Shown: positions 38,287-51,700, counted from the stretch's first letter. The stretch is 64,000 nucleotides of DNA from Rhina ancylostomus (GCA_030265395.1 JARFYF010000074.1:39681135-39745134), one strand, 5' to 3'. Notes: generated from the letters alone by a model not told the origin. A program made the numbers and translations.

Positions 38287-41200
38287 TTAACTTACTTGAG
38301 TTTCTCCAGTTTGCAAAGTGTGCAAATTGCAAAACACGTCAATTCTATTGTGCTCAGCACCCTGGACTTCTTGTATAATGGAGTCTATGGCCCCTGCACA
38401 AACCATCGGTTGGCCCACCAAGCATCACTGGTGTATTGTGGCTGTTCCAATGTGGAACAGTCTATAGAACTGTAAAACTTTGTTTTATTTGTGGACCAAG
38501 AAGCTATCCCTTTATCAATGGAACTTACAGTCTTTGAAAGAAACAGAATAACAAAGGGAGTAGAAGAGTGAATTAGAGTCAAATCAGGTACAATGGTAAA
38601 TAGAAGCATAAAATGGATTAAGAATGAAGAAAAGAGACAGGAAGGATAAGTAGGAAAAAATACAAAAATGAATTCATGAATTTTTAAATTTCTCTAGCAA
38701 CAACCTAGTACATTCAGGAAAATGACTCCACAGTTTCAATTGTTCCACTTCTGGAAAAGAAAATTTGATTTGGCATTTTACGAATATAATTCTTATTAAA
38801 AAATAAAGTAATATTGTCAATTAGCAGACCCAAATTTCTATAATGAGCTTAATTGTCAATTAATATCTAAATGTATCAGCTTCATTAAACTCATGACAAA
38901 GCTATCAGTGGAGAGAACAAGCCAGCTAGCAACTTGATTTAATCCATGAGCTATCCCCACCTTGTTGAACAATCTGTACATTAATAGTATTAATAATAAG
39001 TATTACAGAACACAATAATGAAGTTGATTTCAAACATATCATTGAATGAACAATGCTACAATGCCAGTATTGTTTGCATGATTCCTGTTTGTCTTCTTGT
39101 CAAGCTATTGCACAATCCCCTACTCAGAATAAAGCTAGCATTTATCTTTATAAACAATTCACATCAACTTAACAAAATATTCTGACATTTTAATATTTCT
39201 TTTCAAAGATGCTGCATTACATTTTTTTTTCAAATAAAGCAAATGTTAAGCACATGCCTATATTAACTCTCAATCTCGTGGTTGGGAGAAGCTCTGTTGA
39301 GTAATACACATAATGTGATACTCTGTGACTTCCCAGCAGAGACATTTTACAAACCAAATTTACGTCAACACTATTTTAATCAGGGAGCTGTTAATTGTGA
39401 TGATGACAAGTTGTGGTTGGGGGCTGACTCAAATGGAACATGTACTATTGCAGCACATGGTAAAGAACACGTGTCCAACTTTTATATTTCTCTAAGAGCA
39501 ATAAAATATATTTTCACCTCACATAATGTTACAAATTATATTTTACACTGTTGCACTGAAAACCAGCTGCTTAACATTTTTTCTTTTACTTTTCCCACAG
39601 GACAATATGTGGTGCAGTTCTTTATGAAAGGGCAAAGTTCTATGATTTGGAAATTGACTACAAAATATTTTTACTTGTCTACAAGCATTTAAACATCTTT
39701 ATTATTACAGATATTGACTGAGCTCTGATACAAAGGATGAGTGACAGCCTTCTTGTTAGGCCCACAGAAAGAAAAGTGACCACTTCAATAAAATAGTTGA
39801 CCATTCTCAAGTTCTATGGTGGTTCAGACAACAGGGTTTATTTCTCTCAAATAGCCTCTAACTTTGTTGGAATGCCTAATTCGTATTCTTAGATGCCATG
39901 GAAGAAATTCCAAGGTGTTTGAGTGCAAGAATCAGGGAAGATCTCAGGGCAGAATTGTGTTCAACATTGCATGGAAATTATTGGTCTGTTCTCCCTTACC
40001 ATTCCACTTTGCTTTCCAGCTAGCTCATTCTCTTGATTAAGTTTTTGATTCCAGCTACCTTCTTCTTTCATGTGTCTGATACAACACTCTTAGAATTGCA
40101 TTACATGAACCCCCAGTGTAGATTTTAACTCTTTTCTGCTCAACTTGAAAGTGAAGGTAGAAGGTATGACAGGACTGAGGGGACATAGCCATCGCTATTC
40201 CCATCAACCCCCTGCCACCCAATCCCACCATTTAACTTATCTTTAGCTGTGTAATGTCAGAGCTTGCTAAAATATGTGAGCAAAATCTCCCACCTTTCCC
40301 TTTAGGCTTAATTGCTCCCTTGATAACTCAAGTGCTTTGACAGAACCTAAAAGATTAAGACAAGTGTACTTCATTGGCAGAGTATTGAATTAATTTGAAA
40401 TTCGTTTGAGTGTCAGTTACTTTTTGCCTTTTCTATCAAGTTCCAGGTGTCTTGTAATAGAACCTTTAAAGTATTCCCCCATTACCTTGCTCTACATGAA
40501 TTGAACTTGCAGAACAACACAGCCAGCCTAATTCTTTGTAATGGTATAAATAACACATGCCAGTTAGATATCACAAAAAATGCTAAATAAGTAACTGAAA
40601 AGATAACAAAACTATCGATCTTATTAAAAAAGATACCAATGTTGTCAATTGGCAGCCCTGATTTCCTACGTGAGTTTAATTTACAATTTAATTTTATTTA
40701 AAATATCATATGGTCTAAAATAATAAAACAAATTATCCTTTATTATCCCTGTGCTAAACTTTATAGTGCAGAATTACTCCCCATGATGAATGCTGCCTTG
40801 TATTTTCTCTGCAGCACTTTAATCAAGTTTATTTTAAGTCATTGAGATGGATGGCTTTACTGCAGGGAATAATTGTGACAGAGACAATTATCCCTGTTAA
40901 GAGCAAACTGAACAATCATTTGAAACAGAAGAATATGTAGGCATTGAGGCAGAACACAGAGCAGTTATCAGTTTGGCTTCATTAATGCTTTTGTACATGT
41001 TTTTCAAATGCCCCCCATCCCTCTTATCCCATGCATGAAGAAGATATCTAGTGTAATATCAAACTTTATGGACCACAAGCCTTTTTGGGTTAGCTTGTTC
41101 TTTTAGGGATAACACTTGGTTTCATTACTGAGCTTTGTCCCTTATAGAAAGTGAATGATCATCAAAGTGTAAAGATGTCAGGCACATAACACCTTGTAAA

Positions 41201-42524
41201 ACACCTTCCATGACATTATGATATTCCAAAGTGCACTTTACAGATAATGGAGTACTTTTGAAGTGTTTTTGTTGTTATCTCCTTACCTAGTCCCTCAGAA
41301 ACTGGGGCCCTCCAGTTCTGTAGGTTATAATGTGGGGCACACGTGAGGCAGGAGGTACCAGTGAATATAGGGGTGGTGGGAAGGGGATGGATGTAGATTG
41401 GGAGGTGGTGTACACCTTCTACTATTTACGTAGAGATTCTGTACATTGCAGATGTACAGACCACCTGCTAATCTTCCACTACAACAGCGCTCAGAATAGA
41501 ATGTCCACTTGAAGAGTCTGTGATCAGGAATGAGAACAGTGTGTTGGCCTGAGAGAGAAGATTAATGTTGGTTTGTTTATCCTGCTGGTGAATTTGGAGG
41601 ACTTTGCAGATGCGGTTTAGGTGGTAACTTTCCAGTGCTTTGAGTGCCCTGCTGCAAGTAGTCTAAGTCTTCAGGCATATAGAAAGCCAGAAAGTGTCAT
41701 GGTTCTGAGTTCTGGTACTCAATTTGGCTCCATTAATGCCTTGTTGTCCAGCACATGGATTCCATGCTGGNNNNNNNNNNNNNNNNNNNNNNNNNNNNNN
41801 NNNNNNNNNNNNNNNNNNNNNNNNNNNNNNNNNNNNNNNNNNNNNNNNNNNNNNNNNNNNNNNNNNNNNNNNNNNNNNNNNNNNNNNNNNNNNNNNNNNN
41901 NNNNNNNNNNNNNNNNNNNNNNNNNNNNNNNNNNNNNNNNNNNNNNNNNNNNNNNNNNNNNNNNNNNNNNNNNNNNNNNNNNNNNNNNNNNNNNNNNNNN
42001 NNNNNNNNNNNNNGTTCCTCCAGCATCATCGTGTTTTTCATCAAGATTCCAGCATCTGCAGTCCTTTGAGGATTTAGCTGAGAGAAACAATGTCATTTTT
42101 CACTGCAATACTGAACCTCATCTCCAACAAGCTTCCCACTGGAGTGGAACTAATCTGCAGGCTAAATGGGAATCTGTTCAACCTATCTCATTTTCACAAA
42201 TAGAATAAAGGTCACTCCAACTTTGGATGCAAACAATGTGTTTGGAGGCTGAAATTCAAGTCACAGTGGACACCTACTGAAGTAGAGGATGGGCTTTACA
42301 CTCAGCAGCTTCAAAACAAAGGTCCTCTGCCAACCTGACCTGCTGTACAACAGCACTTCCCAGTAATAAAGGTCTAGGATGAAGACCTGGAAAATAGGGA
42401 CCACTTAGAGAATAACTTCTCAGCAAAGGCTGACATTCATGAATAAATTCACTGACAGTGCCAATGGTGAGCCAATACACCTCTTAGCCATTTGAGGAAA
42501 TAGTTGTTTGAAAATCAATATTGC

Positions 42525-42840
42525 AAATTATTGCTGTAATGTAGGAAAGGCAGCAGCCAATTTGGGCATAAATGAGCAAGGTGACAATGATCAAATAATT
42601 TTCTTTACAGATGAAGTTGATCAATAATTTTGTGCTGGTTGTGACACTCCAGGTGGCTTCCTGTTTCAATTTTGACATATATGCTGTGGGATTATTTGGA
42701 AGCTGAAAGACATTGACCTTGGATAATGCAGACTTCCTCAGGGCTGGGCTTTCATCCAAGGTCTTTGTCCTCGAATCTTTGGAGTGGACTCAAACCCACA
42801 ACCTTCTGACTCCAGAATGTGACTGACTGAGCACAGTTCA
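42525..42840 (-). mobile_element. SacSINE1-like Deu-SINE
   Basis: tgtaatgtaggaaaggcagcagccaattt...ggagtggactcaaacccacaaccttctgactc. Confidence 0.6.
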
Positions 42841-43739
42841 TACACTTAAGAGGACAATTTCACTCAGTTACAATGAACTCCATTGCAGAATATTCTACTG
42901 GCACATAGCAGTTAGGCTCACAAATAAAGAGAAGCTACTTGGTGAGGTGCTGGAGGGTGATTGGCATTTGTAGATTGTAAGCCTGCCAGGAGTCCAGACC
43001 TACAGAAGAGAAGGAGGTAAATTTTAAAGTTAAAAATGCTAACTTATACTTAATTTTGATGGATAATGTTGCATCTTTGACAGCATATACCTTGCAAAAC
43101 GTGCTATGATTATGTTATAATGGAAAAAATTAAGGTGATATCCCTTTTGAATGTAACAGCGAAAATGGCACCTGAAGCCTGTTCAACTGTAACTGATGCC
43201 AAATATATTAAATTGCTGAGCATTCGGAATGGTCATGAACAACCTAAAACCTAAAGGAAAACAGGTTTCTCTTGGAAACCATGCTACCTCATTGGAGTAA
43301 CATAGTATAGCTACAAAATCTAAGATGCATTTGGAAATTATTAAATTTGAAATGAAAGAATTCCATGATACAATAAATGTAAGTTATACATGTGAATAAA
43401 ACCTTAATTATTAAACAAGAATTAATGAATACAGACACAATCATGAAGTCTAACCCTACACTTGCCACACAGATCAATATGGAAAAGTCAATAATTTAAC
43501 TGTGGAGTCAAAAGCAATATAATTTGGAATATACTGAGAGAAGACACACATCAGAATTGCAATACATCTGATCTTTTTGCCAAATTTTGTGACATTACCA
43601 GTTGGCCTGGAATTCGGCACTGCCATCTTTCTGCTTAGTTGCTAAGATAATGTTGATTGTCTCAAAGAAACCCTATCATATGAAATTGAATACAATACAG
43701 GTATAAGCTCTCTGATACGAAGTCCCAACTAGTTATTGT

Positions 43740-44140
43740 GTCAGGTGGAGTTCAGTGGGTAGTGCCCACTGAATCAAAAGGTGTGGGATTAATTCACAAT
43801 CCAGAGAATGAAGTACAAAAGTCCTGGTTGATTATTTTGTTAGTGCTGCATTATTGGAGGTGGCCATTAAACAAAAATCTTTTCTGCTTTCTTGGGTGGA
43901 AGTAAATGATCCCATGCCATTACATCAGGTAAAAGCAGGAGGGTTATCTGGTGAGCCTTCCAATGTTTATCCCCCAATCGATATCATTAAAGCAATGGAC
44001 TTTACATTGTCATTTTGAGGGCTTGCCACCTGCAGACTGTCTACATTATGACAGTCTCCACATTCTAAGAGTGCTTAATTGATAGTTAAGTCTTTTAGGG
44101 GCTTCTATAAGTCATGGAAGACACAATTTAATCACCCATC
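43740..44140 (+). mobile_element. SacSINE1-like Deu-SINE, full length, degenerate
   Basis: Head ttcagtgggtag...gaatcaaaaggtgtggg; Deu core agtgctgcattattggaggtg, gggtggaagtaaatgatcccatgcca; tail ctacattatgacag. Confidence 0.65.
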
Positions 44141-44219
44141 ATTCTTTTTAATTGTATTTGCAGAAACAATTTATTGAATTGAAGAACTGCACCAAATATT
44201 TCTCGTATTTCCTTGCCAC

Positions 44220-44369
44220 ATAGAAGGAGTCGATTTGGCCCAGATTAGATCCAGTCCCCAATTTATTTCCCTGTAACATATTATCTCTCATATGCACATT
44301 AGCACATCCTAATTCTCCTATCATACGCCTACACTGGGGGTAAATTACTGTGGCCAATTAACCTACCAG
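44220..44369 (-). mobile_element. HE1/V-SINE 3' fragment
   Basis: cctacactgggggtaaattactgtggccaattaacctacc, homologous to 15470-15500. Confidence 0.65.
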
Positions 44370-47300
44370 GTACCGCAAATTAGCGGCATGCGTTAACATT
44401 TTTATAGTTGCTTGGATTTAAAACAACAACCCTCAATGTTTTAACGCCGTATCCCACATTTACTCCAAAATTTCCTCATTGAAAGCTCGAGAGCTCTGAG
44501 CACAGAGAAATAATGGCGAGGAAAAGTGAAATTCCGCTTCAAAAAGACAAGTTGAACTTCCCGAGTACTTGAGCAAAATGCGTTTGTATGCAACGCAGAT
44601 GGCCACTCCATGTTTAAGCGATAGTTGATGGACACAGCGCACAACCTGAGCTGTACCACAAGAGGACGCTTTTTAGAATCCATTAATTTCCAGGAAGTTT
44701 GTGCGATGATTCCGGAGCGATGCGTTTTGTAATTTGATGACAGCGTTGAAAGAAGTTCCAAAAATCTGTAATTCAGACTGGCCAACTCCTTCCCATAAAA
44801 CGAAATGTGCATTTTAATCACACTCGTTGAACCATCAGTTCCACTTTGCGGTTCTAGAATATGCACTTTCTGGAATAGAAAGTCGAACTTCAGACAAATT
44901 ATCGTAAAGGGGCTGGTTTCCTAAATGATAAGGGCCGAGGGATAACGTAATTCTGACCTGTAAACGGGCGATGTGATTACATTGACTCCCATCCCCATCA
45001 TACTGGTCTCGTCTATTCTGTCCTTCTGGTTATGTTGGGCTTTAGAGTTTACCGTTGTGCATGGTCATGTTTGCTTTCCAGAGTCCTCATTTGCTCAAAT
45101 ACTTCTCCCTTCTGGCCGGCCGACAACTACACCCTCGATAAACCGCTCAACCACCTCATGTTTTTCGGAGATGCAGTTATATCAGTTCAAGAAAACGTTC
45201 GCACTTTAATGGCCTTAAACTCAAAGATCATTGCAAATGTTTACCCCTCCACATTTGTTTTTGGAGACGTTTTATATCTTCTATGTTTGTAATAACATTG
45301 ATTTAAGTGAGAATAATAAACATCGATATGGAAATGGTACAGTGAAAGTTTACGTAACTTCAGGGACGGGGGGAGGGCGGGACGGTCATACATGGGATTA
45401 TCCGGGCTTCCTCTGCGTTTACTATCTGTCTTTCTGTAGTGGTGGAATATTGGTAACCTGAGTTTCCATGTAACCGAAATTCGACCATGACCTTCACTTC
45501 CACCCTCGCTCCGTCCTCTCGCTCACCTTCACCTAGAAGGACTTCACTTTGCCATGCACATACCATGGTATATTACAATGTGAGTTCATATTATAACCGT
45601 GGGGATGCCGGAGAAATAAATGCCTTTAGTTTGTCACTGCATTAAACTTGGATTAACTGGACATCAAAGTCCGAGTTCCCAAAGCCGGCTCAGTGAGACT
45701 ATTCCCGTAACGTGGCCTATTCCTCTCACTTGGCGTCCTGATTTCGGACTGAGGGTGCACTTGCACTGACAGAGCAGCGCAGCGCAGCGTGCAGCCGAAC
45801 TGCTTGCTTCAAACTGCGACTATACAGTGAATGCGCCCTCAACTTTTGAGCAGTTGGAATCCAAGCTCATATTTCCTTTCAGTTTAATGTCACGAGGTCA
45901 GAACATAACTATGGGGTGTGGGAAGCGACTTTGCAATACGGATTGGAATAGGGAATTCGGAAAAGCCCATATAAACGGGCTGCCCAAACCATCAGCAAAC
46001 TCACCATTGATTGGCTCTTTCTGTACCGAGGAAGTTCAGAAGGTACTCAAAGTCACCAAAATGTGGCCAATTATAGAAGTTGGTGAGGGAGTTCGGTAGA
46101 GAAAAAAAGTATATTTAATTGTGCGAATACTTTTTGTAACGTAAATGAGAAACTCTTTTAATATATTTGAATATTGAAATTTCGAAAATACAAGCTAATC
46201 CTTAAAATGTTACATTGTTGTATCTGTCAAGGCCACACTCAGAAATGAAAGTAATTTATTTGCATTAACATTATTTATTCAGTAGCTAAATAACATAAAG
46301 TAATCCAGGATCCAAACGTTTCCCTTCATATTGTAATATATTAAGCCTTTTAAATATATATATATATATGAATTATGTAAAATACATAAATGCTTAAGGG
46401 AGTGTTATTTTTATGGTTACAGTCCATATTGTAACATAACGGCATAATCTAAGTGAAAGTTTTGTTACCCGGTAATTTGTCGTCCGGTCCGCAGTCAGCT
46501 ATTAGGAACGCTTCGATGAAATCCTATTCCTTTCAGAATCTAGCTATGAAATAATAGCATATAAATATTTCAAAGCAAGATTTTAAAAAACATTTTTCTT
46601 TTCATTCTATTCGTGGAATTAATTTGCTATGAACTGTAACCCAAATCTGGAACCCAAATCATGCAACTCATGGAATAGGCGATGCGATTAATAAATGTAT
46701 ATTCACGCCATTTACAATATGTCTCTTTCAACTGATAAAATATACGGTAAATAGTTTCAGCGGGTCATTTGGAACGGGGGTATATGTTTAAACCCATTAA
46801 GTTAAAACATTCCAAGTCTAATAGCGTTACCTCCCGAGGTATGAGCAACGTTAGATAAATCCGCTCTAAATAGTCGTTTAGATATTCGGGATAGGATTTT
46901 TTTTGGGAATTACCAAATACCGCGATTTTAATGTTAGAAGCGGCAGGTTGAAACAAAATGATGCAGTTATTCGTAACTGTGGCGGCTGTGTTTAGAGTCA
47001 GACAGCGAATGGACAACTTTTAGAATTAACGGAGAATCTCTGGTCACAGTTCGAATTAAAATTGCTTTTATCGCCGATAACTTACGACAGCAGGCACCTA
47101 GAATATGTTTTTTTTAATCAGTAGAGAACGCAAATGGATAGCTGCATTCGAATAAGTTATAGATTTTTGTGATTAGTCATTTAAAACGATTTCGCTTGTG
47201 GTGTTGAGATTGTTGTACTAACCCTTCAAACCCCATGTATATTGATCTAGGAGTACTACTTCAATAGAAAGCTGGAAGTGTCAAAGTTGTACCCTGTGTC

Positions 47301-48549
47301 TCGTTCGCCTGTATTTCTGGTTCCAACGCGTCGAGTTTCAGGCTTAAATAACATATTGCGCATATCGTGCACCTAGTCAGCAAAAATCATACTTTCACTT
47401 TCAGTATTTATGACCGTTTCGCACCGGCATATAAATGATCAAAGTTTTGGCAAAATGAAGTGTTGATCTAGTTTGAAATATTTGGGACGAATTGGATCAT
47501 TTCGTTAGCGCTGTTGCAAGACCCCTTCACGTTGTTGACTTACTCCTTAAAATTGGCGTTCAGTTCGTTTTACAGAGCTAAATGAAAATAGCATCATTCC
47601 AGTAAGTCCCACTACGACACCCCCGCAACTTCGGTTCTCACTGCCCGGTAACATGGTTTCAAAAAGGGTTTACTCTTCCCTCGCAAAACTTTTGCCAAGG
47701 TGTTAATTAGGTGTTGTTTATTAAAATGCACCATTAAACCTGCAGCATGCGCTGATAACCCTTTAGCAACAGTGTACTGCTAGAACACATTGCCCCGTTC
47801 GAGAGAATTGTGAATCTGTTCTCATGTTGACTTATCAGTAAAGGGTGTATCGCCTAAATCAATGTAGCCTGCTTTATAATCACCTAGTGCGACTCTTGTT
47901 CTGCAGTTTAGTAATCAAGTAGATTACACGAAAAAATCAGTCCAAAATTTGATTTTTACCCCCTGGACAAACTATTAATCTTGCCTGTTGTTATCCGAAA
48001 TAATTCAATAAAACTGAAATAAATCTTATTCATTATTATATATACGCGCATCACTATTTATATCGCTCTCCATACTTCTCCAAGTACTGTGTTGACAAGA
48101 AAACTATAGGCAACCGCTTGGGCTGTGCTTTTCACATAGATGTGTGCTTTTTTTCGGAGCTGCAGTTATGTATTCAAGAAGTGATGTAACATAAGCAATC
48201 CTCCAGTACTGATCAAATACAGAGCCGTTGCTTTGAAGGCAGCTTCCCTTAAAGTCAAAAGGAAATGGGTAGCCTATTTACATTGTTCGGATTGAGTGAA
48301 AAGCACCATAAAGAAGGCATTTCAAATTAGCGTTAAGGCCCGCCCAAGAACAGAAGTTCCAGGTATCTCTGAACCATATTTAATGCTGCAGAATCTTCAT
48401 TACTACTTTAAAATCTCTAGTTTCCAACCGTTAAATTTTAACATCAAAATCAGTTTCCTTCGCCGCGAGATAATTTGCCATTAATGAAGTATACCACGCG
48501 TTACAGGTAGACTCTTCGAATATTAATTGTAACAGTAATGTTATTTATA

Positions 48550-48730
48550 TTGTGGTATTGGTGTTGGTAATTGATTCATTATTGTCACATGTACCGAAAT
48601 TCAGTGAAAAGCTTTTGTTTGCAAGCCATACGTAAGTACACCGAGGTAGTAAAAAGGACAACAAAATACAAAATAGTTACAGAGAAAGTACAGTGCAGGC
48701 AGCCAAATAAAGTGCAGGGGATAGGACGAA
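48550..48730 (-). mobile_element. Rex1/Babar-type tail fragment inside the CpG domain
   Basis: Reverse complement aligns to 60621-60735 and 12180-12300. Confidence 0.7.
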
Positions 48731-51700
48731 GAAGATGGGAGCAGTAAACACGTTACTATCTACAAATGTTATCATTTATGTTTAAATAGTGGGTTCGTTG
48801 TGTCCAGCGAAATTCAGATTGCTCGGAATGGGAAGCGGCTGGGCGGTACAAATCGTCTACAATGTAATGTTGCTTTATGTAACGATAGTGTAAAGAATAC
48901 ATATTTCAAGAAATTAATATTTACAAGTAGATTAAAGAACAGCGTTTACTAATCGTTTCTGACACAAACTGCGGCTTCACGTATTATAATTGTTAGATTT
49001 GCTGTGGGGCCTTCGTCACTTTGCAGAAATATATTAACGCGGGTCGGCCGTGAAGCTATGTTAACGAAACAATTTGGTCCCATTAAAATGAGCTAATTTC
49101 CTTTAGTTGGCAAGGAGACGGTGTTCTATATTGTGCCACCAGCGGTTGGAATGATTTATTCTAGGTAATTAATTAGGCCAATTACACCTACACCTAGGTA
49201 CAACCTGGTTTAAAAGAGCAATCATTCAACAGCAATGGAGTGAGCTGGATTTAATGGTGTATTTATTTACATCAATGGCTAGATTGATTTAAGACTGAAA
49301 CTACTCCGGACAGTTTGTTTAAGCTGTGGACTCTTGATATACAGCTCTACTGGTTTGTCATTCCATCAGCAATGACTGATTTTTGCCTTTAGGGCAGCCC
49401 AATGGAAAATGATATTTATATTAGTTGATATGAAATGATTTAAAAAAATATATATCACAAAGTTACGCTGCATAACATTATTAGCATTTGGAAAGTACTT
49501 TTGAACCGTTTAACTAGAATGCGTTGGGAAGGGCGACGCTGTTAACATTCCTGTTTCTATTTTGTTAATTTAAATTAATTTTGGAAATCACTTATACAAA
49601 TCGTTTCAATTTTGTAAATATGTGAACCATGTTTGAAATACGATTGAGCAGGGTGCAACAGAACAAAGTAGATTTCAAATAAAAGTCTGTACAATGTGTT
49701 TACCGAAACAGTCCAAAAGAAAACCTGTTGGGTATTGTGCAATAGGAATGATTACGATGACCGCTTTCACAGTTATTTCAATGTTATTGTAACAGACTGT
49801 GGTCGCAGACCTTGGTTCTGACTCAAGACTGGTTGTATAGATACCTCCAACTAAAGTTAATTTAAAATGTTATGAGCTGACATGAAATTGAAAACTAAAT
49901 ATTTTGATAAATGAAAAGGCAACTTCAAAACACAGCCGTATTCCAGCTTCGTGTGTGCGGTCGGCAGCAGTGCGTTGGTTTTAATGTGGAGATGTTGACG
50001 ACAAAAATACAACGGGATATATTGGCACGCCGTCTTCGTTCCCTCGCTTCGGAGCTGAGACTCGTGGAGCAGTGAGTGAAATTAGTGGCGGTCGGACAGA
50101 CAGGCGAAAGCTGTTTGAGGCAGAGCGCTGTTAGAATCGATTAAAACTCATAACCTGTCTGATCCGGCCCACCGTTCTCAAAAGGTATCCGATCTGTCTC
50201 GATGTCGCTGGACACATTTGTAATTTACAACCTGAAAACCCACAACAGTGACAGTGAGAAGTACGCGCAGAGTCTAATGCACTTCAACATTTCGAATTCC
50301 CCTATGTATTTCTATCTGAAAGCAACCGGACACAAATCAATATTCCGAAGTACACTATGAAATAGACAAAAAAACCTTTATTTTTTGTTTGAAATCTTTG
50401 AGACTTTCAGAAAGTAAGAATTTAATGAATATGGTGATCTTGGAACTATTTATCATCAATGTACTTCAGCGTGTAAGTGGGTGAAATTTAAAGTTACATT
50501 CCTGTACTTGAAATACTGTCTACTGTAATATTATGGTGTTTGAATTAAACTAAACTGTGGCAGAATACGGATGGGCCGTAATATTCGGATGAATGCGATC
50601 TGATGTCATTTGTTATTTATACTGTTATATTCTTGTCGTGAAATATGTATTAAAACAGGAAGCAATGTGATGAGAATAATTAAGAACAATCTCTGTGGGG
50701 GAAACTCCCTGTAAATGTTATGAAGGGAATCCGGCGCCAGTCCTTCAATACAAAATTTGCATTGCAAAATCAGTATAATTCAATCATTATTTCTCAAGCA
50801 ATGTCTCATGAATTAAGCAATCATGCACTGATTAACAGATCTTAGTAAACAGACCACGAAAGTATATGGTTGCATTGCGTAATTGATACCGAATGACATT
50901 TCCAAGCATAATATTGTAATATATGGAGACGTTTGCAGAAGAAAACAAACGTCAAACTCTAATGAGATCGATTTTGCTAGAAGAGTTCATCTCAGCTGGA
51001 AAATGTGTTTAATAGAAATGTAAAATGCATTAAACTGGAATATCTGAACGTTGAAGCTGCAGAGGAGAATAATGATAAATCTAAAACGATTATAAGTGCC
51101 CCTCACTCCCCCGAGATGTACATGATCTGCCCTTTTACAGCATATTTCATGACAAAGCGAATGTGCAATGTTTCATCAGACTGAAGTGTTTGTTTCATCT
51201 CGGAGATACTTTGGTGGAAAATGTATTAATGTAGATTTTATTTAACTGCACGGAGTGGGGGCTCGGCTCCGCAATCGACGTTTTTTCAAAGGTCTCTGCG
51301 CAGTGTACGGTAGAGGCAGAAAAGACTGGCACTATGATAAATGGTTGCCAATTAATTGTATGCTTGATTTGGGGTTCCACTGCGCGCAAATGAATTAAGG
51401 TGGAACAAATGGAAGAGCTTTGTACTGTTGAATTGTGCTGTGTCTGTTATAGTGTAACTGTAAAAAGAAACAAGACAATGCAGGTTGGAGAGCCTAAAAG
51501 AACATGCAATGATTGTCAACCGTCTCACTCTCTATGGTGTGTGTTTAATCATTAAGAGTGTCGCTGACGGGACTTTTTTCTCTTTCTTGTAATCTTTTCC
51601 AGTTCGACTCCTCAGAGCCATCTAATCCTCAAACTTGTTGTCATTACTTATTTATTGATTGCTTGGCATTTGGGTGTAATTGAGCAAGGCGGCTCTAGCC

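Noticed and set aside
39282-39692. 136-aa ORF containing an acceptor-like tttcccacag
   Set aside because: TTG start, no homology recognized, and no linked exons
44441-45566. Several 60-141 aa ORFs at the start of the CpG domain
   Set aside because: No recognizable domain, mostly non-ATG starts, and no coherent splice structure
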